DNA from: an uncultured Verrucomicrobiae bacterium
Lineage (GTDB): Bacteria > Verrucomicrobiota > Verrucomicrobiia > Chthoniobacterales > Chthoniobacteraceae
DNA: 64,000 nucleotides
Assembly (NCBI GenBank): GCA_963769025.1
Contig: CAVYKI010000003.1
Span: 448,001 to 512,000 of the forward strand
Direction: 5' to 3'
In this document: piece after piece, positions 1 through 11,505 of the stretch
Position numbering within the stretch: position 1 is the first letter of the stretch
How the letters are laid out: every line of letters starts with the position of its first letter
Program-made: the position numbers and the translations under genes
The notes under the pieces: model-generated
What the model was told of the DNA's origin: nothing
The model's database searches: none
Seen by the model: the letters and a program-made list of their open reading frames with translations, nothing else

Positions 1-511
1 TGATTTCGATCACCGACGGCCAGATTTACCTCGAAACCGACCTCTTCTACCAAGGCATCCGCCCGGCCATTTCCGTCGGTCTCTCCGTGTCAGCCGCGTC
101 GGTTCCGCCGCGCAGATGAAGGCGATGAAGCAGGTCGCCGGCAAAATCAAAGGCGATGCTCGCCCAGTATCCGCGAACTCGCGGCCTTCGCGCAGTTCGG
201 CACCGACCTCGACGCCGCGACCAAGGCGCAAGCTCGACCGCGGCGCGCGCATCGTGGAACTCTTCAAGCAGCAGCAGTACAACCCGCTGCCCGTCGAGCT
301 TCAGGTCGCCACGCTGTGGGCGATGCAGAACAACTACTTCGACGACGTGCCGGTGGACCGCGTGAAGGAATTCCAGACCAAGCTCCAGGACTACCTCACC
401 ACCCGCAAGGAAGCCGTGCTCGCCGGCCTGCGCGACAAGCCGGAAATCAACGACGCAAACGCTGCGGCGCTCAAGGAAGCGGTCGCGGAATTCAAGCAGG
501 GCTGGCGCTAA
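1..511 (+). CDS. atpA: F0F1 ATP synthase subunit alpha, 3' part (5'-truncated by window; contains indels)
   Basis: [30 protein letters not shown].., [27 protein letters not shown] across frames; TAA at 509-511. Confidence 0.95.
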   Translation, partial: DFDHRRPDLPRNRPLLPRHPPGHFRRSLRVSRVGSAAQMKAMKQVAGKIKGDARPVSANSRPSRSSAPTSTPRPRRKLDRGARIVELFKQQQYNPLPVELQVATLWAMQNNYFDDVPVDRVKEFQTKLQDYLTTRKEAVLAGLRDKPEINDANAAALKEAVAEFKQGWR

Positions 512-524
512 CCGAAACCCGACC

Positions 525-1424
525 ATGGCCGCGAACACCCGCGACATCCGCCGACGCATCAAGTCGGTCAAGAACACGTCGCAGATCACGAAGGCGATGC
601 AGATGGTCGCGCGCTGCGAAGATGAAGCAAGGCGCAGGACAGCGCGCGCTCAACGGCCGTCCCTACGCCGAGACTCGCTGAACAAGGTGCTGCGTCGCTC
701 TGCACAGGCCGGCGGCAGCGAGGAACTCGCACCCGCTTCTCGCAGGAGCGCAAGGAGTGAAACGCGAGCTCGTGCTCGTCATCACCACCGACAAGGGCCT
801 CTGCGGCGCGCTCAATACGAACCTGCTCCGCGAAGCTGACCAAGTTCGATCCCGCGAAGACCACCTTCGTCACCATCGGCCGCAAGGGCTCGCAGTTCCT
901 CGGCCGCCTGAAGCGCAACCTCGTCGCGGACTTCGCGCTGAAGGAGGCGTTCACCTTCCTCGAGTGCAAGCAGGCGTCGCAAGTTCTGCATCGAGAAATT
1001 CCTCACCGGCGAAGTGGACAAGGTCACCGTCGCCTACACCAACTTCATCAACACGCTGCGGCAGGAGCCGACGCTCGAAGCTGATCCTGCCCGTGCAAAA
1101 CTTCGATGCGTCGACTCGAAGGCGCTGCATGGCGCGAAGACCGACGTCGCGCCGCGAAACACCGACCGAGTATCTTTTCGAACCGAGCGCCGAGCGGCGT
1201 GCTGGAGCATCTCGTGCCGCACTACGTGAACTTCACCGTCTATCAGATGGTGCTCGAAAGCCGCGCCTCCGAGCACAGCGCGCGCATGGTCGCGATGAAG
1301 AACGCGACCGACAACGCGAAGCAGCTCATCAAGGACCTCACGCTCGAATACAACAAGCTCCGCCAGGCCGCGCATCACCACCGAACTTCTCGAAATCACC
1401 ACCGCGCAGATGGCGCTCGGCTAA
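525..1424 (+). CDS. atpG: F0F1 ATP synthase subunit gamma (several indels)
   Basis: [71 protein letters not shown]; lies between atpA and atpD. Confidence 0.95.
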
Positions 1425-1462
1425 TCCGTCATCCAACTCTCAACTCACCGACTCTCAACCAC

Positions 1463-2879
<1,417 letters not shown>

Positions 2880-2882
2880 CTG

Positions 2883-2982
2883 GTTGAGAGGTGAGGGTTG
2901 AGAGTTGAGAGTCCCGGACTCGCCACTCTGGCCCAAACACTGAAAAGCACGCCTCTCGACTCTCGACCAACAACTCTCAACT
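2883..2982. repeat. Heptamer (GTTGAGA/TCTCAAC) imperfect inverted repeat between atpD and atpC; related units at 1433-1460
   Basis: gttgagaggtgagggttgagagttgagag ... ctctcgactctcgaccaacaactctcaac. Confidence 0.75.
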
Positions 2983-2988
2983 TCCAAA

Positions 2989-3405
2989 ATGGCTGCCACT
3001 CTCCACCTCGAAATCGTCACTCCTGAGTCACGCGCTTACAGCGACGACGTGGAGCTGGTCGTACTTCCCGCCATCGAGGGCGAGATGGGCGTCTACCCGC
3101 AGCACGTCCCGCTCATCACCGCGATCACGCCCGGTGAACTCATCGTCACCAAGGACGGGAAGACGACGCACCTCGCCGTCGGCGAAGGTTTCGTCGAGAT
3201 CACCGGTGACAAAGTCAGCGTCTTGGTGGACATGGCGCTCACCGAGGAATCGATTGACGAAAAGGCTGCCGAAGAAGCCGTGAGACGTGCCGAAGCACGC
3301 CTCAAGGAAGAACACATCGGCGAGGAGGAATCTGCGATGGTACAGGCGGCCATCGCCAAGTCGCTCGCCCAGCTCCACGTCAAGCGCCGCCGGCGCTCGG
3401 TGTAG
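2989..3405 (+). CDS. atpC: F0F1 ATP synthase subunit epsilon
   Basis: LHLEIVTPE..VVLPAIEGEMGVYPQHVPLIT..GEGFVEI; helical C-terminus; intact ORF. Confidence 0.95.
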   Translation: MAATLHLEIVTPESRAYSDDVELVVLPAIEGEMGVYPQHVPLITAITPGELIVTKDGKTTHLAVGEGFVEITGDKVSVLVDMALTEESIDEKAAEEAVRRAEARLKEEHIGEEESAMVQAAIAKSLAQLHVKRRRRSV

Positions 3406-3414
3406 ATTCGACCG

Positions 3415-3481
3415 GAATCTCGCGGCTCAACAGGGGCTTCACTTTCGCGGCGAGCTTCCGCGCGCTTTTGCGGCGAGATTC
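3415..3481. other. Long imperfect hairpin between the convergent atpC and Rieske genes (possible terminator or mRNA stabiliser)
   Basis: Outer arms gaatctcgc ... gcgagattc with inner cgcgg/ccgcg; no clear U-tract. Confidence 0.3.
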
Positions 3482-3965
3482 AGACCTGCGTCTGCTTTGG
3501 ATTGATCCAAATCTCCCCGGCTCGCACCTCGACCGGATAGCGAGGCAGCGGACGTGGCGGCGGACCGGCAAGCACGCTGCCATCCCTGGCGCTGAAAAAT
3601 CCCTCGTGGCACGGGCAATAGAATTGCCGCTTGTCGTGCTGGTAATTCACCGGGCACATGAGGTGTGTGCAACTCTGGCTGTACGCGGCGAACTCATTTT
3701 CACCCAACCGCACGAGGATCGCGGGATGATGCTCCGTGGGATATGCGAAGAGCTTGTAGCCACCGACCGGCACCTCCTCGACGCGCGCGATGAACTTCGG
3801 CTCGGTCGCGGCAGGCATCGGGAAGAGTTTGTCCTTCGCAAGCCAGCCTGCACCGACGGCGAGCGCGGAGCAGCATGCGACCTTCGCGAATGCCCGGCGT
3901 GTCACATCGTGCTCGGCTGATTGGCGGATGGGGTAACCGGATTTCCAATGAGACTGGTCAGACAT
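3480..3965 (-). CDS. Rieske [2Fe-2S] protein with N-terminal twin-Arg-like motif and short hydrophobic anchor
   Basis: CTHLMC and CPCHEG boxes, GPPPRPL; VTRRAFAK followed by hydrophobic stretch. Confidence 0.9.
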   Translation of the reverse strand: MSDQSHWKSGYPIRQSAEHDVTRRAFAKVACCSALAVGAGWLAKDKLFPMPAATEPKFIARVEEVPVGGYKLFAYPTEHHPAILVRLGENEFAAYSQSCTHLMCPVNYQHDKRQFYCPCHEGFFSARDGSVLAGPPPRPLPRYPVEVRAGEIWINPKQTQV

Positions 3966-3974
3966 CGGGTGTAA

Positions 3975-4676
3975 TCAGTGGCAGGTGCAGGTTTCTGAGC
4001 AACGCGCGCCGAGTTCGGCCTCATTCCAGACCGCAGCGCCCGCAGCATCCGGCGCTCCGGCGCGGGTAAGTGAAAACGGATCGAAGTCCTTTCCCTCCCA
4101 CGGAAGGAAATCGAGCACCTCGAACGGCAGCGCCTTCAACTCCGGCGAAGTCATCATGTTCACCTTCGTGCGCACGGTCTGACGGCCAAATTGGAACTCA
4201 TTCACGGGCTGCTCGCGGCGGAATTTCTCAATGTATTCGCGCGGACCGTAGTAGAGCGCGCCGCTCGGGCAGACCGTCGCGCACATCGGCTTCTTCCCGA
4301 CGCTCGTGCGGTCGTAGCACATGTCGCACTTCATCATCAGGTCGATCTCGACCTTCATCTTCGGCACGCCGAACGGGCATGCGATCACGCAGTTCGAGCA
4401 CGCCACGCAACGCGGCTTGGCTGCGCTGTGGACGACGCCATGGTCATCCTGCTTGATCGCATCCGCCGGGCACACGCGCGCGCAGGTCGGATCCTCGCAG
4501 TGCATGCAGACGACCGGCGCAGTCTGCACTCCGGTGGAGCGATGCACGTATTCGAGATGGATCATCGGCTGGCCGCGATGCGTGCCGCATTCCCCACAAG
4601 CCTGCACGCACGCCTGGCATCCGATGCAGCGCGACGGATCGAGGAAGAATTCGTTGCCGTTCAGCGCGCCGTTCAT
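3975..4676 (-). CDS. DmsB/NrfC-like iron-sulfur subunit (four Cys groups)
   Basis: [54 protein letters not shown] overlap with upstream stop. Confidence 0.9.
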   Translation of the reverse strand: MNGALNGNEFFLDPSRCIGCQACVQACGECGTHRGQPMIHLEYVHRSTGVQTAPVVCMHCEDPTCARVCPADAIKQDDHGVVHSAAKPRCVACSNCVIACPFGVPKMKVEIDLMMKCDMCYDRTSVGKKPMCATVCPSGALYYGPREYIEKFRREQPVNEFQFGRQTVRTKVNMMTSPELKALPFEVLDFLPWEGKDFDPFSLTRAGAPDAAGAAVWNEAELGARCSETCTCH

Positions 4677-6895
4677 TTGGTTTTCAACGGCATCGGCTGG
4701 CCGGCGGCGGCGGGCTTGGGTTTCGGCGCGTCGGAAACTTTCTCCACCCGGCACGCACAGACCTTGAACTCGGGAATCTTCGATATCGGATCGAGCGCAC
4801 GGATTGTCACCTGGTTCGCGGCCTTCTTGCCCGGCCAGTGATACGGGATGAACACCGTGTCGGGCCGGATGCTCTTCACGACTTGCGCGGGCACGGTGAT
4901 GTCACCACGTCGCGTCGTCACCTTCACGATGTCGCGATCCTTGATGCCGAGCTTCTCGGCCAGCAGCGGGTGCATCTCACACAGCGGTTCGGGGTATTGA
5001 TCCACCAGGCCGCCGATGCGTCGCGTCTGCGTACCGCTGAGGTATTGCGAGACGACGCGGCCAGTCGTGAAAAAGATCGGGAACTCCGCGTCCACATCCT
5101 CGGCCGGCGGCCGGTAGTCGTAGGCGTGGAATTTCGCGCGCCCATCCGGGTGATGGAACTTCCCGCCCTCAAACAAGCGCGGCGTGCCGGGATGCTCGGG
5201 CGCGGGGCACGGCCAAAAGACGCCCATGTTGTCCTCGATCTTCTCGTAGGTCATCCCGCTGTAATCAATCGGCCCGCCCTTCGATGCCGCGGCGAGTTCG
5301 GTGAAAATCTCCCCGGCGCTCTTGTAGTGGAAGAACTTCTCCTTGCCGAGCAGTTCGGCCAGTTCGCAGATGATTTTCCAATCCACCCGCGCGTTTTCGG
5401 GTGGCGAGACCGAATTGCGCAGCCGCACGCAGCGCCCTTCGCCGGTCGTCACGGTGCCCTCGTCCTCCTCCTGCAAGGAACCCGCGAGCACGACGTCCGC
5501 GTAGCGCGCGGTCTCGCTGAGGAAGAAGTCTATGCAGCCAAAAAACTCCAGCTTCTCGAGCGCCTTGCGCGTGCGCTCGGAGTCGGGGATCGAGACGAGC
5601 GGATTGAAGCTGATCGAGAGCAGCCCTTTGATTTCCCCCCGCTCGATCGCGTCAATGATCTCGCACGCCGTGAGCCCCTGTTTCGGCAGCTCCGGCTCGG
5701 GGATTCCCCAGAAATCCGCGATAAACTCACGGTGCTCCGGCTTGCCGATGTCCCGCCCGCCGGGGAGCTGGTTGCACCTCTGTCCATGCTCCCGTCCACC
5801 TTGTCCATTCCCCTGCCCGGTGATCGTGCCGTACCCGGAGCCGGGCTTGCCGATGCGTCCGGTGGCGAGCACGAGATTGATGTAAGTGAGCACGTTCTCC
5901 GTGCCCTTCGTGTGATGCTCGATTCCGCGCGCGTGCATCAGCATCGAAGTCTCCGCCGGGCCCCACATCTCCGCCGCGGCGATGATGCTCTTCGCCGGGA
6001 CTCCGGTGATCCTTTCCGTCACCTCGGGCGTGAATTTCTTCACCAGCTCGCGGACTTTGTCGAAGTCGGTCGTGTGCTCGGCGATGAACTTCTCGTCCGT
6101 CCACCCGCGCTCGATCATCACGTGCAGGATGCCATTCGCCAGTGCGCTGTCGCGGCCCGGCCGCACGGGCAGGAAAAGGTCCGCCGTCCGCGCGATCGGC
6201 GTGATGCGCGGATCAATGACGATGATTTTCGCGCCCGCATCACGCGCCCGCCAGACGTAGTCGGTGAGGATCGGGAAGCACTCGGCGAGGTTCGTCCCGG
6301 TGAGGATGATCACCTTTGCGAGCGGGATGTCGCTCCACGGATTCGCCGCGCGATCCACGCCGAACGCCATGCGGTTCGCCGAGCCCGCGGCGACCATGCA
6401 GAGACGGCCGTTGTAATCAATGTTCGCGGTCTGCAGCGCGATGCGCGCGAACTTGCCGTTGAGGTAGGCCTTCTCATTCGTCATCGATGCGCCCCCGAGA
6501 AATGCAAATGCGTCCTTCCCGTACTTGGCCTGGATGTCCTTGATCGCATTCGCCGTCTTGTGCATCGCCTCGTACCAGCCGGCCTCGCGGAAGCCGGTCT
6601 CGTTGCGAATGAGCGGCGAGAGGAGACGGTCCGGGTGGTCGTTCTGCATGTAACGCTTCACGCCCTTCGGACACAGTTTGCCTTGGTTCACGGGGAACTC
6701 CTCCCACGGCTCAAATCCGATGACCTTGTTGTCCTTCACCTTGAGCTGGATGCCGCACTGCACGCCGCAGAAGCAGCAGTGTGTCTTCACGAGCTTGTCC
6801 GGCTCGCCGTTGTTCCAGCCACCCGCCGGCGTGTGCGCGGGCGTCGGACCGTAGTTCTCGATGTATTTTTCTTCCGGTAAAGTGAGCGTGGCCAT
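4673..6895 (-). CDS. Molybdopterin oxidoreductase, Nas/Nap/NarB-type nitrate reductase catalytic subunit
   Basis: [16 protein letters not shown] 4Fe-4S motif, NGRLCM (Cys Mo ligand as in Nas/Nap), [11 protein letters not shown]-terminal [10 protein letters not shown]; no signal peptide; nitrate cluster context. Confidence 0.88.
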   Translation of the reverse strand: MATLTLPEEKYIENYGPTPAHTPAGGWNNGEPDKLVKTHCCFCGVQCGIQLKVKDNKVIGFEPWEEFPVNQGKLCPKGVKRYMQNDHPDRLLSPLIRNETGFREAGWYEAMHKTANAIKDIQAKYGKDAFAFLGGASMTNEKAYLNGKFARIALQTANIDYNGRLCMVAAGSANRMAFGVDRAANPWSDIPLAKVIILTGTNLAECFPILTDYVWRARDAGAKIIVIDPRITPIARTADLFLPVRPGRDSALANGILHVMIERGWTDEKFIAEHTTDFDKVRELVKKFTPEVTERITGVPAKSIIAAAEMWGPAETSMLMHARGIEHHTKGTENVLTYINLVLATGRIGKPGSGYGTITGQGNGQGGREHGQRCNQLPGGRDIGKPEHREFIADFWGIPEPELPKQGLTACEIIDAIERGEIKGLLSISFNPLVSIPDSERTRKALEKLEFFGCIDFFLSETARYADVVLAGSLQEEDEGTVTTGEGRCVRLRNSVSPPENARVDWKIICELAELLGKEKFFHYKSAGEIFTELAAASKGGPIDYSGMTYEKIEDNMGVFWPCPAPEHPGTPRLFEGGKFHHPDGRAKFHAYDYRPPAEDVDAEFPIFFTTGRVVSQYLSGTQTRRIGGLVDQYPEPLCEMHPLLAEKLGIKDRDIVKVTTRRGDITVPAQVVKSIRPDTVFIPYHWPGKKAANQVTIRALDPISKIPEFKVCACRVEKVSDAPKPKPAAAGQPMPLKTK

Positions 6896-6905
6896 GAATG
6901 GTTAG

Positions 6906-7988
6906 TCAGCGGCCGATCGTGCGGCCTTGGTTGAGCGCGAGCAGCCGACGGCGGCATGCGGGGCAGATTTCCTGATAATGCACCTCGCCCTGCGCGCCAT
7001 CGAAGCGGTAGTCGAAGCCGAGTTGGTCGAGCACGGTCTTCAGATCGTCCACGTGCATCTGGCTTGCGAAATCTTCCCCACACCGCCGGCAATGCGCCCG
7101 CGTTCCCGCTTCGCCGACCTTCTTGTAGCGGCTCACGCACAGAGAACACGTGCGCTGGAACATGTGAAAAAGTTTTCCGAACGGAATGTAGAGCAGAAGA
7201 GAGACGACGCTGACCATGTGGACGATCGCCCAGATGCCGTGCCCGCGCCCGGCGAGAAATTTGTAGCTCACCGTGAGCGCGAGGCCCGTCGCTGTGACCG
7301 CGAGGATGAGCAGCAGCGGGACGATGTCCTCGGAAAAGGTCTGCGTAGCACGCTCACCCGCATCGGTGAAGCGCCGCCAGCCTGCCATCGCCAGCCCGAC
7401 GAGCACGAGGATCGCCGAGATGTTCAGCAGATTGAACATCAGAAACGCCTTGAAGCTGTGGACGCTGAAGCTGTCCACATTCACGCCGAACGCAGCCACA
7501 TGGTACATCTCGGCGTCGTCGGCAAAGGAAGCGAAATGGATCCAGCCGAACACCAGCGGGAAAGTGATCGCGAATGCGAGCGTGCAGCCGCCCGAAAGGC
7601 ACAGGTGCATGATCCAGCGGTAGCCGCCACGCCGTCGGATGAAATCCTGCGCCACGAAATTTCGCGCCAGCGCATAGCCGAGAGTCCCCGCTCCGTGCGG
7701 CACAGGCACGCTGACCTTCTCGGCGCGCTTCTCCGCGTGAGGCGCCGCTCCGGCCCGACGGAACAGGAGCTCAATCCCCCGCCGGAAGTACATCCGCGAA
7801 GGCGGCCTCTGCGCCCACACCGAGAAGCGATAGCCGACCGCAAACGCCGCCATGAGCGCCCCGATCGCGTAACCGGTGAGCGCCGCATCGAAATGCCGCA
7901 TCCCGATGGAACCGATAACAATCGCCGCGGCGGTCGCGCCTGCCAGCATCACACCCGCGATGAGAGCCGATCGGTTCGGGAGCTTCAT
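6906..7988 (-). CDS. NarI-like polytopic membrane protein (putative cytochrome b) with Cys-rich C-terminus
   Basis: Several TM segments; VHMVSVVSLLLYIPFGKLFH (His pair 18 apart, PFxKLxH); WIMH; tail CSLC, CRRC, CPAC. Confidence 0.65.
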   Translation of the reverse strand: MKLPNRSALIAGVMLAGATAAAIVIGSIGMRHFDAALTGYAIGALMAAFAVGYRFSVWAQRPPSRMYFRRGIELLFRRAGAAPHAEKRAEKVSVPVPHGAGTLGYALARNFVAQDFIRRRGGYRWIMHLCLSGGCTLAFAITFPLVFGWIHFASFADDAEMYHVAAFGVNVDSFSVHSFKAFLMFNLLNISAILVLVGLAMAGWRRFTDAGERATQTFSEDIVPLLLILAVTATGLALTVSYKFLAGRGHGIWAIVHMVSVVSLLLYIPFGKLFHMFQRTCSLCVSRYKKVGEAGTRAHCRRCGEDFASQMHVDDLKTVLDQLGFDYRFDGAQGEVHYQEICPACRRRLLALNQGRTIGR

Positions 7989-7997
7989 GGGCGCGGT

Positions 7998-9711
7998 TCA
8001 CTCCTCATTGGAAAAGAACGCCTGGAGCGTGTTGAGATCGTGCCGCGCGGTGAAGGCTTGGAAGGTCTCACCCTCCGTGCGGTGGCGCAGGTAGCCGCGC
8101 AACATTTTCTCGATGAGCGGCGGCAGACTGTCGAAGGCGATGCCGTTGAAAACCTGACGGCCCACGGCCTGATGCGCGCCGAATCCGCCGCCGACAAAGA
8201 CGTGATAGCCGTCCTGACTTTCACCCATGACTTTCACCTTCGTGCCGAGCAGGCCGATGTCACCCATGTAGTGCTGCGCGCAGGAATTCGGGCAGCCGGT
8301 GACGTGGATGTTCACGGGCTGGTCCAGCTTGATGCGCTTGTCGAGCCAGTCGGCGAGCTTGAGCGCGTGGCCCTTCGTGTCGGCCTGCGCGAATTTGCAA
8401 TACGAGTTGCCCGTGCAGGCGATGAGGCCGCTGCGGAGGTTCGACTGCTCCGTGTCGAATCCGACTTTGCGCAGCGCCTTCTTCACCGTTGCGACGAAGT
8501 GATCAGGCACGTTCGGGATGATGAAATTCTGCCAGACCGTGAGCCGGATTTCGCCGGAGCCGTAAAGGTCGGCGATCTCCGCGATGCGGATCATCTGCTT
8601 TGGATTGATGTGGCCGACGGGCACCGCGACGCCGACGTAATTCAGCCCTGCCTGCTTCTGCGGAAAGATGCCGACGTGCGAATGCGGCAACGTCTGACTC
8701 GGATGCTGGGCAGCCGCCAGATCGAGCGGCGCGCGCTGAAGCTGATAACCGAGCAGCTTCTCCGTCTCGGCGAGATACTGATCGAGCGACCACTTTTCGA
8801 GCAGGTGCTTGAGACGCGCCTTCTTCCTGTCGGTGCGGTTGCCATTCGCGATATAGACGCGCACCACCGCGGCGACGACCTTGTTCAGTTCGGCGGGCTT
8901 CACCAGCACCCCGATGTCGCGCGCGAACGCCTTGTGCCCGGTCGCGCCGCCGAGCGCGATGCGGAAGAAAACCTCGTCGCCGACCTTCACGGCCTTGCAG
9001 CCGATGTCATTCGTGTCCTCGACCGTGCCGATCAGTCCGCCGCCGTCGTAGGCGATGTTGAATTTGCGCGGCAGATCGTAAAAGGCGCGGTCGTTGATGA
9101 TGAGGTGCCCCATCTCGTGGCAGAGCGGCATCACGTCGATCAGCTCGTGCGGATCGATGCCCGCCGTCGGGTTTGCCGTCAGATTGCGGATATTGTCCGC
9201 GCCCGACCCCCGTGTGTGCAGGCCGACATGCTGGATGCGCTGCACAAACGCCGGCGTGTCCTTCGGCTGGATGAGCCGCATCTGCAGGTTCGCCCGCGTG
9301 GTGATCTGCACGTAGCCGGTCGTGAGATCCTTCGCGACTGTGCGCGAGTTCGCGGAGCTGGAAGGTGCGGAGCTGTCCGCCGGGAATCCGCAGCCGCGCC
9401 ATGAAGGCCTCCTTGTTTGGCGTGAGGTAAAAGAGCCCGTTCCACTTGAATCGGAACGTATCCTCCTTGTCCGGCGCCTTGTTCGTCGCCGCGTTCTCAA
9501 GGAGCTGCGGATAGGCGTCGAGCGGATGCAGTTCGCGCTTCACGCGCTCCTCGAAGATGAGGTCTTCCAGCGCGACCTTCGTCTCAGTGGCGGGATTCGG
9601 CGCGACATCGCCAAATCCGACTCCGCGCGCGGAGATGCCGGCGAAAAGCCCGGTAAGATACTCCTTCTGCTCAGCGGTGAAATTCTGTGCGTTGGTGGCT
9701 GTGGCACTCAT
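7998..9711 (-). CDS. nirA: Siroheme/4Fe-4S nitrite reductase, NirA type (indel ~9345)
   Basis: [41 protein letters not shown] and GCPNSCAQH ligands. Confidence 0.9.
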
Positions 9712-9714
9712 CGT

Positions 9715-11505
9715 TCAATAGACATCGCGCTGGTAGCGTTTCTCGCCCTTGAGCCGCTCGACGTAGGCCTTTGCCTCATCGCTGGATTTTCCGCCCGCCG
9801 TCTCGATGATCTGTGTGCAGCGCGGCGTCCACATCCTTCGCCATGCGCGAGGCGTCGCCGCAGACGTAAAAGTGCGCGCCGGCTTCGAGCCACGACCACA
9901 GCTCCGCGGCGGCTTCGAGCATCCGCGATCTGCACGTAGATTTTCTCCGCCTGGTCGCGGCTGAAGGCGAGATCGAGCCGCGTGAGATGACCGTCCGCCA
10001 CCCAGCCTTCGAGCTGCTCCTGGTAGAGGAAATCGGTCGCGCGTTTCTGATCGCCGAAGAAGAGCCAGTTGCGCCCCTTCGCTCCGGTCGCGAGGCGTTC
10101 CTCGAGGAACGCGCGGAACGGCGCGATGCCGGTGCCGGGGCCGACCATGATCATCGGCGTGTCGCCGTTCGTCGGGCGGTTTGAAGCCATGCGACGGCTG
10201 GATGTAAACGGGCACGTCGCCGGTCTCACCGACGCGGTCGGCAAGGAAGGTCGAGGCGATGCCCTTCCGGCTGCGGCCATGCGCATCGTAGCGGACGGCG
10301 GCGACGGTGAGATGCACTTCGTCCGGATGCGCCTTGAGGCTCGATGAGATCGAGTAAAGGCGCGGCGCAATCTTCTTGAGCAGCGCCACGAATTCCTGCG
10401 GCGCGAAGCGAACCGGTCAGACATCCGAGCACGTCCATGACTTCGCGTCCGTAGAGCCATTTCTTCAGCTCGTCCTTTTTCGACGGATCGAGCAGCGGCG
10501 CGAAGATGGCGTCCGGCGAATGCTTCGCGACGGCGGCTCAGGAGTTCGGCGGATGGTTTCGTGATGTCGAAGTGCTGCGTCAGCGCGAGCCGCAGCGGCA
10601 GTTCGCCATCCACGGTCTTGACGGCTTCCTCGCCGTCACAGCGGAGCGTCGCGAGAATTTCGCCGACGAGCACCGGACAGTTGCTCGGGAAAACGCCGAG
10701 CGCGTCGCCCACTTCGTAGGTGAGCCCGCTGCCTGCGAGTCCAGATCTCAAAATGCCGCACGTCCTTGCCGGAGCCTGTCGGCGCTGAGCCTGCGATTCG
10801 TGAGGAGCCGCGCCGGGAAAGGCTTCTTCCGCGACCAGGCCGATGCGCCTTCGGATTCCACGGTGGCGCTGCCGTTGGAACCGTTGGCTCCGGGCTGCGG
10901 CTTCACCGCTGCGCCCAGCGCATCGAAAACGCTCGCCGTCCATTCGGCTGCGGGAGTTTCGTATTCCACGTCGCACTCCTTCCGGTCGGCTGACGCGCTT
11001 CGCGCCGAGCGCGGCAAGGCGCTCGTCGCAGAATCTCCCGAACTGGCAGAACGCCGAATAATTCGTGTCACCGAGCGCGAGCACGCTGTAGCGCACGTTT
11101 TCGAGCTTCGGCGCGGCGTCGCTGTTCAGCCATTTCCAAAATCCCTGCGCCATGTCCGGCGGATCGCCGTCGCCGTAGGTGCTCGTGATCACGAGGACGT
11201 TCTGTTCCTTCGTCAAATCCACGTCGGAGTACTTGTCCATGCTCACGAGCTTCGGCGCAAAGCCGCGGCCCTCGGCGACCTTCGGCGGTCTTTTTCGCGA
11301 GCCCTTCGGCGGTGCCGGTCTGGCTGCCGTAGAGGAGAACGAGCGGCGTCTTCGGGCCGGCGTCCAGGCCGAGCGTGGAGGCGAGCGCTTCCGCTCCGGG
11401 CGGGTTGGCGTTGGAGAAAACACCGGCGAGAAAACCGTTCAGCCACATCCGCTGTTCGGCGGTGAAGGGGGCGTTTTCGGGGATGAATGGAATGCGGTTC
11501 ATCAT
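9715..11505 (-). CDS. CysJ-like diflavin (FMN/FAD) NAD(P)H reductase (several indels)
   Basis: [57 protein letters not shown]-terminal YQRDVY. Confidence 0.88.

Noticed and set aside
4673..6895. Formate dehydrogenase or arsenite oxidase
   Set aside because: RLCM rather than the FDH RxC/U-H motif, a four-Cys cluster motif unlike AioA, and a nitrate-cluster context.
4838..9404. Long plus-strand ORFs (680 aa, 825 aa) and similar antisense ORFs such as 29253-32027
   Set aside because: Shadow frames of real genes on the opposite strand, expected in high-GC DNA; no recognisable motifs.
7998..11505. Sulfite reductase CysJI for sulfate assimilation
   Set aside because: Hemoprotein has NirA-like motifs and neighbours nitrate transporters; no cysH/cysD/cysN nearby.
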